Sequence record: SRR31156797_962
DNA length: 64,000 nucleotides
Direction: 5' to 3' (one strand)
Made by a program: the position numbers and the translations under genes. The notes beneath the pieces are model-generated. The model was not told the origin of the DNA. It did no database searches and saw nothing but the letters and a program-made list of their open reading frames with translations. Shown piece by piece: positions 1 through 8,027 of this stretch. Each line of letters begins with the position of its first letter. The stretch's first letter is position 1.

Positions 1-27
1 GGGGTTCGAATCCCTCCTGGCCTGCCA
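1..27 (+). tRNA. 3' fragment of a tRNA, most likely tRNA-Trp (truncated by window edge)
   Basis: GGGG-TTCGAAT-CCCTC T-arm, acceptor 3' strand CTGGCCT, discriminator G, encoded CCA. U72 plus G73 fit tRNA-Trp identity elements; the anticodon is not visible. Confidence 0.8.
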
Positions 28-63
28 TTTATCACTTCAAAAAAAGCGAACAAGCTACAATTC

Positions 64-702
64 ATGTTCGACATCGCCAATACAATCAAAGAAATAAGCA
101 TCCTTGCTTTACCTTTTCTTCTGGCAATTACCTGCCATGAGGCCGCTCACGGCTTCGCCGCTTATCTTCTTGGTGATCCTACGGCTAAACAGGCCGGACG
201 CCTTACCTTGAATCCCGTAAAACATCTTGATCCCATGGGAACCCTTGCTCTTGTGCTGACCCGCATGATCGGCTGGGCTAAACCTGTTCCGGTCAATCCA
301 ATGTATTTTAAAAATCCGCAGCGGGATATGATGATTGTCGCTTTGGCTGGTCCGGCGGCAAACATGACACTTGCGGTAATGTTCTCAATTGTCGTAAAGG
401 TGATTCTTTCACTTGATGTGAATTCCATGTCGCCGTTGATGCTCAAGATTCTTGAGCCTTCAGTGATGATTGCCAATGCGGGGGTCATAATCAATCTGGC
501 TTTGTGCTTTTTTAATCTGCTGCCTATTCCTCCGTTGGATGGAAGTAAGATTCTCGCCGGATTTATGCCTCGTGAGGCCGCATTCAAGTTTATGTCGTTC
601 CGGTACGGGTTCATTATCGTGATCGTGCTGGCAATGCTCGGACTGCTCGGCAGGATAATCAGTCCGGCCATGAGTTTTTTCTATAATTTTCTGGTCCACT
701 AG
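64..702 (+). CDS. Site-2 protease family (M50) membrane metalloprotease
   Basis: HEAAH zinc motif, NLLPIPPLDG motif, several TM helices. Confidence 0.93.
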   Translation: MFDIANTIKEISILALPFLLAITCHEAAHGFAAYLLGDPTAKQAGRLTLNPVKHLDPMGTLALVLTRMIGWAKPVPVNPMYFKNPQRDMMIVALAGPAANMTLAVMFSIVVKVILSLDVNSMSPLMLKILEPSVMIANAGVIINLALCFFNLLPIPPLDGSKILAGFMPREAAFKFMSFRYGFIIVIVLAMLGLLGRIISPAMSFFYNFLVH

Positions 703-729
703 GACCGCCAAGCATACAAGATTTTTAAA

Positions 730-1725
730 ATGAGTAAGACAAACAATCGCATAGTTTCAGGCATGAGGCCCACCGGACGTTTGCACCTAGGGCATTACTT
801 TGGTGTTCTGGTCAACTGGGTCAGGATTCAGGAAGATCACGAATGTTATTTCTTTGTTGCCGACTGGCATGCTATGACCAGTGAATATTCCGATCCTCGC
901 AAGATTCAGGGCTTTGTACCCGAACTGGTTAAAGACTGGATTGCCGCAGGTCTTGATCCTGAAAAATGTGTGATTTTCCACCAGTCTCAGGTCAAAGAAC
1001 ACATTGAGCTTCACTTGATTCTGTCCATGCTCACTCCGCTGGGCTGGTTGGAAAGGAACCCCACATACAAGGAACTCAAGCAGGAGCTGGTTCAGAAGGA
1101 ACTGAATACTTATGGTTTCCTCGGCTATCCTGTGCTCATGGCTTCAGATATCCTCATGTACAAACCTTCGCAGGTTCCTGTGGGGCAGGATCAGCTTCCT
1201 CATCTGGAGTTGGCTCGTGAGATTGCCCGTCGTTTTAACCATCTTAATGGCGAATATTTTCCTGAGCCGAAAGCTCTGCTTACTGAAGATGCAAAGCTGC
1301 CCGGACTTGACGGTCGTAAGATGTCAAAGAGCTACAATAACGGTATTTATCTTGGCGAACCTATGGATGAGGTTAAGCCCAAGGTTATGTCCATGCTTAC
1401 CGACAAAAACAGACTGCGTAAGTCCGATCCGGGCGATCCTGAAGTCTGTAACCTTTATCCTTATCACAAGCTGCTCACCGACGCAGAAACTTGTGCTGAG
1501 ATAGAGGAAGGCTGCCGTAATGCAAGTCGTGGTTGCGTGGAATGTAAGAAGTTACTGGCTGAAAACATGGCCAAGTTCCTTGAGCCCATGCAGGAACGCC
1601 GCCGTCATCTGGATGAGAATCCCCAGCTTGTTTGGGATATCCTCCACGAAGGCACTGCCAGGGCACAGGCCAAAGCCAAAGAGAACATGGATGAAATCCG
1701 TGAGCGGATCGGCTTCAAGTTCTAA
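730..1725 (+). CDS. trpS: Tryptophan--tRNA ligase
   Basis: SGMRPTGRLHLGHY (HIGH-like), VPVGQDQ, KMSKS. Confidence 0.97.
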   Translation: MSKTNNRIVSGMRPTGRLHLGHYFGVLVNWVRIQEDHECYFFVADWHAMTSEYSDPRKIQGFVPELVKDWIAAGLDPEKCVIFHQSQVKEHIELHLILSMLTPLGWLERNPTYKELKQELVQKELNTYGFLGYPVLMASDILMYKPSQVPVGQDQLPHLELAREIARRFNHLNGEYFPEPKALLTEDAKLPGLDGRKMSKSYNNGIYLGEPMDEVKPKVMSMLTDKNRLRKSDPGDPEVCNLYPYHKLLTDAETCAEIEEGCRNASRGCVECKKLLAENMAKFLEPMQERRRHLDENPQLVWDILHEGTARAQAKAKENMDEIRERIGFKF

Positions 1726-1746
1726 GTTATATTTTACAAAGACATT

Positions 1747-1786
1747 AAAAAATCCCCTGTTGCAGATGCAGCAGGGGATTTTTTTT
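1747..1786. terminator. Bidirectional intrinsic terminator between trpS and the convergent metal operon
   Basis: AAAAAATCCCCTGTTGC-AGAT-GCAGCAGGGGATTTTTTTT hairpin with A/T tracts on both sides. Confidence 0.85.
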
Positions 1787-1797
1787 ATTTGTTAGGC

Positions 1798-2001
1798 TTA
1801 ATTATCATTTGCTTTATCCACCACCTGGCGGATTTCCGGGAGACATCAGCGCCTTTTGGGGTTCTTCTCTGCGCACCGGCATTCCCCGTTTTTCTTTTCA
1901 GTCAGGATGCGCTCAAAAATGGTTGATCTTCCGTGCTGGAGAATATCTTTTTTGATGTCATCTGAGGTATATCCAAAACAGTAGCAAATAAGTTGCGTCA
2001 T
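1798..2001 (-). CDS. Small CopZ-like/BFD-like [2Fe-2S] protein, probable selenoprotein (in-frame TGA at 1846-1848, codon 52); 67 aa
   Basis: Manual translation MTQLICYCFGYTSDDIKKDILQHGRSTIFERILTEKKNGECRCAEKNPKRR-U-CLPEIRQVVDKANDN. CYCF...CxC...NPxxx(U)C pattern and a downstream SECIS-like hairpin. Not in the ORF track. Confidence 0.85.
1816..1833 (-). promoter_or_regulatory. Candidate bacterial SECIS element
   Basis: Minus-strand ATCCGCC-AGGT-GGTGGAT, a 7-bp stem (one G-U) with AGGU loop, starting 12 nt after the TGA. Confidence 0.7.
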
Positions 2002-2014
2002 TTCTTGGGGCCGC

Positions 2015-2551
2015 CTAGAACTTATTTTTAATAAAATCTGTTATTGCCTGAATGGCAGACTTTTTATGTTCAGTCACTTCTTCTTTAGTTTCCCACCATT
2101 GCAGGTCGCTGAATTCCAGCGGCAGTCGTAACGTGAGAAAGGGCAGGAAAAAACGAACTACATTTGCTTTTGAGGACCCTTTTACGGAATCAAAGTGGAA
2201 AAAAACTTCGCCGATGAACCATGCCCGGTCCTTCTGGGAAGCTGGCTCCGGGGGCTTGATGTACATGAAGTCCGGGTCTGTCTCGGATTTAAGTTCGCTG
2301 TCATGAAAACTGGCGAATAGCTCCAGTACTTGCTTGCGGATCAGTTTGTCACCGTAGACATCTACGATGAAAGTGAACTTAAGGAATCCGGTTTCCGGGG
2401 TCAGGTTGTGGCGTGATATTTTAAGCACCCCATCCTTGCGTCTGGATTCGTCATTATCAAGGAAAAGGTCAAAGGCGCAAAAGCCGATAAAGTTTTCCGC
2501 TCCGCGCAGTTCTTCCAACTGTGCTTCAATTCCGGCAGTACTTTTATTCAT
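2015..2551 (-). CDS. Hypothetical protein (probable start MNKSTAG at 2551)
   Basis: Long ORF co-oriented within the operon; its ATG overlaps the end of the upstream small ORF. Confidence 0.7.
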   Translation of the reverse strand: MNKSTAGIEAQLEELRGAENFIGFCAFDLFLDNDESRRKDGVLKISRHNLTPETGFLKFTFIVDVYGDKLIRKQVLELFASFHDSELKSETDPDFMYIKPPEPASQKDRAWFIGEVFFHFDSVKGSSKANVVRFFLPFLTLRLPLEFSDLQWWETKEEVTEHKKSAIQAITDFIKNKF

Positions 2552-2690
2552 TGCTGTCCATCTCTTTTTTTTCTCTTTCATCACGGGTTTCGGTTTGGCC
2601 CAACCCGTTTCCGGTTTTCTTTACCATCTTGAAGATGGCAAAGATGATGACCAGCATGATAATTATTGCTTCTACGCCTTCACCTGTCAT
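2544..2690 (-). CDS. Small single-TM protein, 48 aa (MTGEGVEAIIIMLVIIFAIFKMVKKTGNGLGQTETRDEREKKEMDSNE)
   Basis: Strong RBS (CAGGAG) just before the ATG, hydrophobic helix followed by KMVKK, end overlaps the next start; below the ORF-track size cutoff. Confidence 0.7.
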   Translation of the reverse strand: MTGEGVEAIIIMLVIIFAIFKMVKKTGNGLGQTETRDEREKKEMDSNE

Positions 2691-2722
2691 AGTTTACTCC
2701 TGTTCCCCGATGATGGGGGCAG

Positions 2723-3958
2723 TTAGTGTGAATGTCCGTGCAATGATTCACCTTTCACTAAAGCTGTTACCTTGGGAATAGCGATTAAGGCAAGCAGAAT
2801 GAGTGCACTAATGGTGTAGAGAAGGTTGTGTCCATGTTCCTCACCTGATTGAACCCAGTCGGTGATACTTAGTCCCATCGAATAATAGAGCCAGTTGGCG
2901 AACATACCCAGTGCGAGCGAGCAGGCGATGATGGACCCGAGGTAGATAAAAGCGGAGCGCTTGCCTAGAAGCTTTGCGACTACGGTGAATGAAGCTGCAT
3001 TGGTTGCCGGACCGGCCAACAGAAATACCAGTGCCGCACCGGGTGAGAGTCCTTTCAGGGCTAAAGCTGCAGCAATGGGGGTAGATGCCGTAGCGCAGAC
3101 GTAGAGCGGAATAGCGGCAGCCAGCATGATCAGCAGAGGGAAGAAACCATCACCAAGGTTGCGCTCAATGAAACCGTCGGGGATGAGTGCACCGAATATT
3201 CCGGCTAAAAGTACGCCACCGAGGAACCAGAGGCCGATATCCTGCAGCAGGTTACCAAAGGAATATTTCATACCGAAAGCCATTTTACCACTGAAGGAAT
3301 CAGGGCGCTCGTCATCATGGGAATGACCGCAGCCGCAGCCGGAATCTGAACAGCTTGTTTGGTCATGATTGTGATTCTCGTGAGAGCTGCATTCGCAGTC
3401 TGAGTCGGAGCAGCTGCCGAGTTCGTGATTTTGGGCGTCATGAGAATCACACCCGCAGCCGGATAATTCTTGCACGTTCTCCATTTTGGGAAGGAGGATT
3501 GCGTCCGGGATCAGTTTGGGTGCTTCCTTGGGGCTTCCGTTTTTCTTTTCATTCCTATCCACCATTATTCCCGCCACTACAGCAGTGAAAAATGCCGCAA
3601 AAGGCCTGAAAACGGCCATTACCGGATCAAGCAGGGCATAGGTTACGGCTATCGAGTCGACTCCTGTTTCTGGAGTCGAAATCAGGAATGAGGTTGTAGC
3701 TCCTTTGCTGGCTCCTTGCTGGCGGAGCTGGGCAGCAGCAGGTATAACTCCGCAGCTGCATAAAGGGATAGGTACTCCGAGAATGGAAGCCTTAAGCACG
3801 TCGGAGGTTTTGCCGGAACCGAGGTTTTTGGAAATGAATTCCGGCCCGACAAATGCTTTGAGCAGTCCTGCAATAAAGAATCCCAAGAGCATGAAAGGTG
3901 CGGACTCCAGCAGCACCTCCCACGATTCCTGCCCAATGGAAAGTAGTATATCTATCAT
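2723..3958 (-). CDS. SO_0444-type (DUF318/ArsP-like) heavy-metal permease with Cys/His-rich loop
   Basis: PLCSCGVIP, STPETGVDS, YVCATASTP and AGPATN motifs; internal Cys/His/Asp-rich segment. Confidence 0.9.
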   Translation of the reverse strand: MIDILLSIGQESWEVLLESAPFMLLGFFIAGLLKAFVGPEFISKNLGSGKTSDVLKASILGVPIPLCSCGVIPAAAQLRQQGASKGATTSFLISTPETGVDSIAVTYALLDPVMAVFRPFAAFFTAVVAGIMVDRNEKKNGSPKEAPKLIPDAILLPKMENVQELSGCGCDSHDAQNHELGSCSDSDCECSSHENHNHDQTSCSDSGCGCGHSHDDERPDSFSGKMAFGMKYSFGNLLQDIGLWFLGGVLLAGIFGALIPDGFIERNLGDGFFPLLIMLAAAIPLYVCATASTPIAAALALKGLSPGAALVFLLAGPATNAASFTVVAKLLGKRSAFIYLGSIIACSLALGMFANWLYYSMGLSITDWVQSGEEHGHNLLYTISALILLALIAIPKVTALVKGESLHGHSH

Positions 3959-4345
3959 TTATTTATCTCCCAGCGGAACTCCGCAGCCATCGCCCTGCAT
4001 GTGGGCCAGAGCTGTCTGCATGATGATTTCCACATGTTTATCATTAAGGCTGTAGATAGCCCTGCGTCCGTGTTTTTCAAAACGGACCATACGCGCCGTT
4101 CTCAGGATTCTCAGTTGATGCGAAACAGCAGAATGGGACATCTCCAGAAGTTCTGACAGATCGCAGACGCAAAGGTCGTTTATGGAAAGGGCGTGCAGAA
4201 TTTTTATTCTGACCGGTTCACCCAGAATTTTGAAAGTTGCAGCCAAATCATTCAATGTTTCATTTGGACAGCTTTTGCTATTAACGAGTTCCACAGCTCC
4301 CGGAGTTGGGTTGTGGGAGTTGCAGCAGTCAGAGTTATTTGTCAT
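3959..4345 (-). CDS. ArsR/SmtB-family metal-sensing repressor
   Basis: LCVCDL and SAVSHQLRIL winged HTH; N-terminal CC; alpha5-like DKH-x10-H. Confidence 0.95.
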   Translation of the reverse strand: MTNNSDCCNSHNPTPGAVELVNSKSCPNETLNDLAATFKILGEPVRIKILHALSINDLCVCDLSELLEMSHSAVSHQLRILRTARMVRFEKHGRRAIYSLNDKHVEIIMQTALAHMQGDGCGVPLGDK

Positions 4346-4364
4346 GGTTTTATCCTATATGTGT

Positions 4365-4388
4365 ATATATGAACAACTGTTCATATAT
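4365..4388. promoter_or_regulatory. SmtB/ArsR-type operator (11-2-11 inverted repeat)
   Basis: ATATATGAACA-AC-TGTTCATATAT perfect palindrome about 20 nt upstream of the repressor ATG. Confidence 0.85.
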
Positions 4389-4566
4389 TAAGAGTCAGCT
4401 GTGCAAAGTCAAGGAAAATCGTTTCTATTTATGCGCTATAGGAGTAAATTGCTACGATAAGGGAGATATATAATTTAATTTTGGGACCTAGTAGATTATC
4501 CTGAATGGATAAGAATAAGTCTCTATCTGTCTGAGGCTAAAGGTAAATTTATGCTAGGAGTTTGGT

Positions 4567-4878
4567 TTGGTCGATTCATCTCGTAACATCGTCTATGTGG
4601 AACCTGATCTATTTGATCTGGTACCCGTACTCATCGAGTCTCTCTCTGCAGAACTTTGTGAGATTGTCACAGGATCGGATAGTGCTGATTATCCTCTTGT
4701 TCGTGAGAAGGTCCATTCCTCAAAAGGTGCGGCCCTGACATTTGGCTTTGGTGCTTATGCGGAAGAGCTTGATAATCTCAGGCAGTTTGTAATTGATCAG
4801 GATGATGCCCGCATGCGACAGAGTATAGATAGGCTGAAGTTGCTTCTTGAAACAGCTGTTTTTGCTCCTGCCGCGTAG
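4567..4878 (+). CDS. Stand-alone Hpt phosphotransfer protein
   Basis: VHSSKGAA Hpt motif; AGGAG RBS before TTG. Confidence 0.8.
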   Translation: MVDSSRNIVYVEPDLFDLVPVLIESLSAELCEIVTGSDSADYPLVREKVHSSKGAALTFGFGAYAEELDNLRQFVIDQDDARMRQSIDRLKLLLETAVFAPAA

Positions 4879-5515
4879 CCAGTATTTCGCTGAGTAACTC
4901 CTGTGTTTTCCGGGCAATGCCCGGAGCCCCGCTTTCCCGTGGACCGGCTACATTCATTATTCTTATATTCTTTGCTGCTATCCATGCACGAACAATGTCT
5001 GCTGCATCCCGGCTGTCTAACGTGATAACGGCAACCGGCTTTCCATGTTTGCGGGCCAGTCGGATGGTCAGTGCGGTCCCTTTGGATTCATTTATTCCGG
5101 GAAAGATAAGTGTACCGTCTGAATCAAGCACGTTTTTTTCCGTCCGTATCCAATATTGCCAGCCAGCAGTTTCCTGCATGTTGTAGCGGGTGGGGATAGG
5201 ACCATCTTCGGCTTTACGCCCTTTCGGACACCAGCCCCGGTGAGGAATTCCATGTTCTATTGCTGCATCCAGAGCTCCACGATCTACACCGGTTTGTCCG
5301 CCGGAAATAATAGTCATTCCTTGAGGCAACAAGTCAGGTCCTTTTGAAAATGAACACTTTGCAGCATCGGATGCTGATCCGCACTTGGGACAGAATAGTG
5401 TAATATTGGCAGGATAGAGGCCCGCTTGCCGATCGAATGTGGTAAGCGGACCTGTATATGAGCATTTTGGGCAATTTGCGTATTTTTTTGTTCCGTATTC
5501 AGTTGGTATTTCCAT
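4778..5515 (-). CDS. Zn-ribbon plus 'putative molybdenum carrier'/circularly permuted YpsA (SLOG) protein
   Basis: Two CPKC motifs, then IISGGQTGVDRGALD, GWCPKGR, RTEKNV and NVAGPRES; probable start MEIP at 5515. Confidence 0.85.
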   Translation of the reverse strand: MEIPTEYGTKKYANCPKCSYTGPLTTFDRQAGLYPANITLFCPKCGSASDAAKCSFSKGPDLLPQGMTIISGGQTGVDRGALDAAIEHGIPHRGWCPKGRKAEDGPIPTRYNMQETAGWQYWIRTEKNVLDSDGTLIFPGINESKGTALTIRLARKHGKPVAVITLDSRDAADIVRAWIAAKNIRIMNVAGPRESGAPGIARKTQELLSEILATRQEQKQLFQEATSAYLYSVACGHHPDQLQTA

Positions 5516-5528
5516 AGAAAGAAGGATA

Positions 5529-8027
5529 TCAGCTTTCTGGTAAAATAACAATCTGCACATCAGGTGTTTGTGAAAGACGATTTAGGTCGAGGCTGGCACT
5601 TAGCTCAGCAGTGATAAAGATCGTCCCCTTGAAGCCTGATGAAACACGGGTCCACAGATCTGCTGGGGGGCAGTAGTTGATTTTGCCCGGGCAGATGACC
5701 AGCAGGTTCTCTGTGGGCGGTTCGTTCTCTTTGCCCAGCACCATACAGGGGTCTGACATGATCAGGTCTTCTTGCAGCAGCCCGTGGATGGTTTCCACCA
5801 GTCTTTTTTCATCAATGGGTTTGATAAGTGCAGCATCTCCTCCGGCCTGTTGACCTTCGGCCAGCGCGCTGATGACAATTACCGGAATATGCCTAGTGGA
5901 TGGGTCCTGACGCAGGACTGTAATGGCTTGCGCCCCGTCCATGACCGGCATTTTAAGGTCCATGGTGATCAATTGCGGCATGCGTTTTTTTGCTGTTTCC
6001 ACCGCTTCTTGCCCGTTAGTGACGGTTATGATCCTGTAGCCTTCCTCTTCAAGTACCTGCGAGAGGAATTCATTCAGTGCCGGATCATCGTCAGCAACCA
6101 TGATTAATGGACTGTTCGCACTTCCGGGATGCCCTTCCCTGAGAGCTGTTTTAGTGATGCGGGGCGGAATTTGTTTCTCTTCGGACGGCGCCCCAATGGC
6201 CAGAGTAAAGTGGAAGGAGCTTCCTTCGCCGAGTTTACTGTCTACCCAGATGCGGCCTTTATGGTGGTCAACAATTTGTTTGCAGATGGGTAAGCCTAGT
6301 CCGGTTCCTTTGGGTTTACCGGTCAGGGTGTCCCCGGCCTGCTTAAATCGTTGAAATATTTTTTTCTGGTCCTCAGGGGAAATACCACTTCCCGTATCAC
6401 TGACGCTGACCATGATTTCATCATCATGAGACCTTGCGGTACAAGTGATGAAGCCGGAGTCAGTGAACTTCACGGCATTTGATATGAGGTTGACCAGCAC
6501 CTGCATTACCCGGTCGCGATCTCCGTACATGGTGGGGATGTTTTTATCCACATCTACTGCCATTTCCAGATCTTGTGCTTTCCATAAAGGTATTGTGGTC
6601 TGCACCGATGTTTCAATAACTTCAGCAATTTCTATGGGTACTGTTTTCCAGTCGATTTTACCGGATTCCATTTTAGCGATATCCAGTACATCGTTGATGA
6701 GTTCGGTAAGTCGTTGGCCTTCTGAAACAATGATGCCGATATTGTCCTGCACCTGATTGATAGCTCGTTGTGTTTTCTTGTCAGGGGCCTCGCAGACCGG
6801 GAAAACAGATTTTTCGAGTTTTTTCTTGATGATTTTCGCAAAACCAAGAATGGAAGTCATGGGTGTGCGCAGTTCATGGGAGACTGTGGAAATGAAGTCG
6901 GTCTTCAGATTATCCACTTCCTTTTCATAAGTAATGTCACGGACGAGGATAACTGCACCTAGGCAGACATTAGGGGTATCTCCATGGTCCATCTTATGAA
7001 TCGGGGTGGCTACGGCTTTACCTGTTCTGCGCCCGGAGAGTTCGATTTCAGAGGAATATACTTCGTGTTCGCAGCCTTTTACCAGTTCGAAAAGGGCAGT
7101 CATTTCATCGGGGAAGAAAGTCCTGATGTCTTTGCCCCGGAGTTCATTCTCAGTGACTCCGAACAGGTCTCCCAGAGTAGGGTTGGTCACAGATATTTTC
7201 CCGTTAATATCCACAACCAGCAGACCGTCCGCTAGGTTGTCCATAATGACTTCCATATAAGTCAGGGTGTCCTGCAGCTCACTGGTGGCGTTGCCAACCG
7301 CCCGTTCAAGTCCTGAAATCAGAGTGGTCAGTTCTTCGGCCATGTTTTTCATGGTTCCGGCAAGCAGTCCTATTTCATCCTTGGAGGTGATTTCAATCTC
7401 CGCGGTAAAGTCATGGGCCGAGAGTTTTTTTGCGTATTCTGTCAACTGGTTGAGCGGTTCCGAGATGCGTTTGACCATCATATAAAGGATAAACACACTT
7501 CCCCAGAAGATGAAAAACATGACCACCTGCAGCTTGGCAATGGCCGCCCATACGTATTTATTGATTATGCCCTTATCCATTCCTACATGAACATATCCAG
7601 CCATTCCGGCAAGGATGGGCTTGGTTATATCTATCACATCACCCATGCCCGGGACTTCCAGTTCGCGGATGGATATTGAGTTGGGATGGATGCTGGTTCC
7701 ACTAAGAATTTCCGGAACTTCAGGCACAAAGGTATGCGAAACGATATCTCCGTTTGAATCCTGCACGTAAACGTAAGCGGCCCCGTCGCTGTCTTTGAAC
7801 TGGTCGATCATGGACTGGATAGTGGAGGCATCCCTGTTAAGTAGAATTTCCACACTGGAGCTGGCTATGCTGCTGGCAATGGCTTTGCCCTTGCTTACAT
7901 ATTCATCAACCATGTGATTGTGCAGGGTCAGAGCTGATACAAGGGACATGGAAGTGGAGATTACCCCGAAAAGGATGAAGTTCAGGAGCAGGGTTTTCTG
8001 GAATATTTTGGACATTCTCATTTTCAT
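5529..8027 (-). CDS. Hybrid sensor histidine kinase (TM-HAMP-PAS-HisKA-HATPase-REC)
   Basis: SHELRTPM H-box, NLISNAVKF, GTGLGL, C-terminal REC (VADDD, MDLKMP); ATGA overlap with the upstream gene. Confidence 0.95.
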   Translation of the reverse strand: MKMRMSKIFQKTLLLNFILFGVISTSMSLVSALTLHNHMVDEYVSKGKAIASSIASSSVEILLNRDASTIQSMIDQFKDSDGAAYVYVQDSNGDIVSHTFVPEVPEILSGTSIHPNSISIRELEVPGMGDVIDITKPILAGMAGYVHVGMDKGIINKYVWAAIAKLQVVMFFIFWGSVFILYMMVKRISEPLNQLTEYAKKLSAHDFTAEIEITSKDEIGLLAGTMKNMAEELTTLISGLERAVGNATSELQDTLTYMEVIMDNLADGLLVVDINGKISVTNPTLGDLFGVTENELRGKDIRTFFPDEMTALFELVKGCEHEVYSSEIELSGRRTGKAVATPIHKMDHGDTPNVCLGAVILVRDITYEKEVDNLKTDFISTVSHELRTPMTSILGFAKIIKKKLEKSVFPVCEAPDKKTQRAINQVQDNIGIIVSEGQRLTELINDVLDIAKMESGKIDWKTVPIEIAEVIETSVQTTIPLWKAQDLEMAVDVDKNIPTMYGDRDRVMQVLVNLISNAVKFTDSGFITCTARSHDDEIMVSVSDTGSGISPEDQKKIFQRFKQAGDTLTGKPKGTGLGLPICKQIVDHHKGRIWVDSKLGEGSSFHFTLAIGAPSEEKQIPPRITKTALREGHPGSANSPLIMVADDDPALNEFLSQVLEEEGYRIITVTNGQEAVETAKKRMPQLITMDLKMPVMDGAQAITVLRQDPSTRHIPVIVISALAEGQQAGGDAALIKPIDEKRLVETIHGLLQEDLIMSDPCMVLGKENEPPTENLLVICPGKINYCPPADLWTRVSSGFKGTIFITAELSASLDLNRLSQTPDVQIVILPES

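Noticed and set aside
1846-1848. Reading the in-frame TGA as a pseudogene lesion or as UGA=Trp recoding, given the nearby trpS and tRNA-Trp
   Set aside because: Many genes in the window end in TGA, so the standard code applies. The TGA falls on a conserved Cys position and is followed by a SECIS-like hairpin, which favours Sec.
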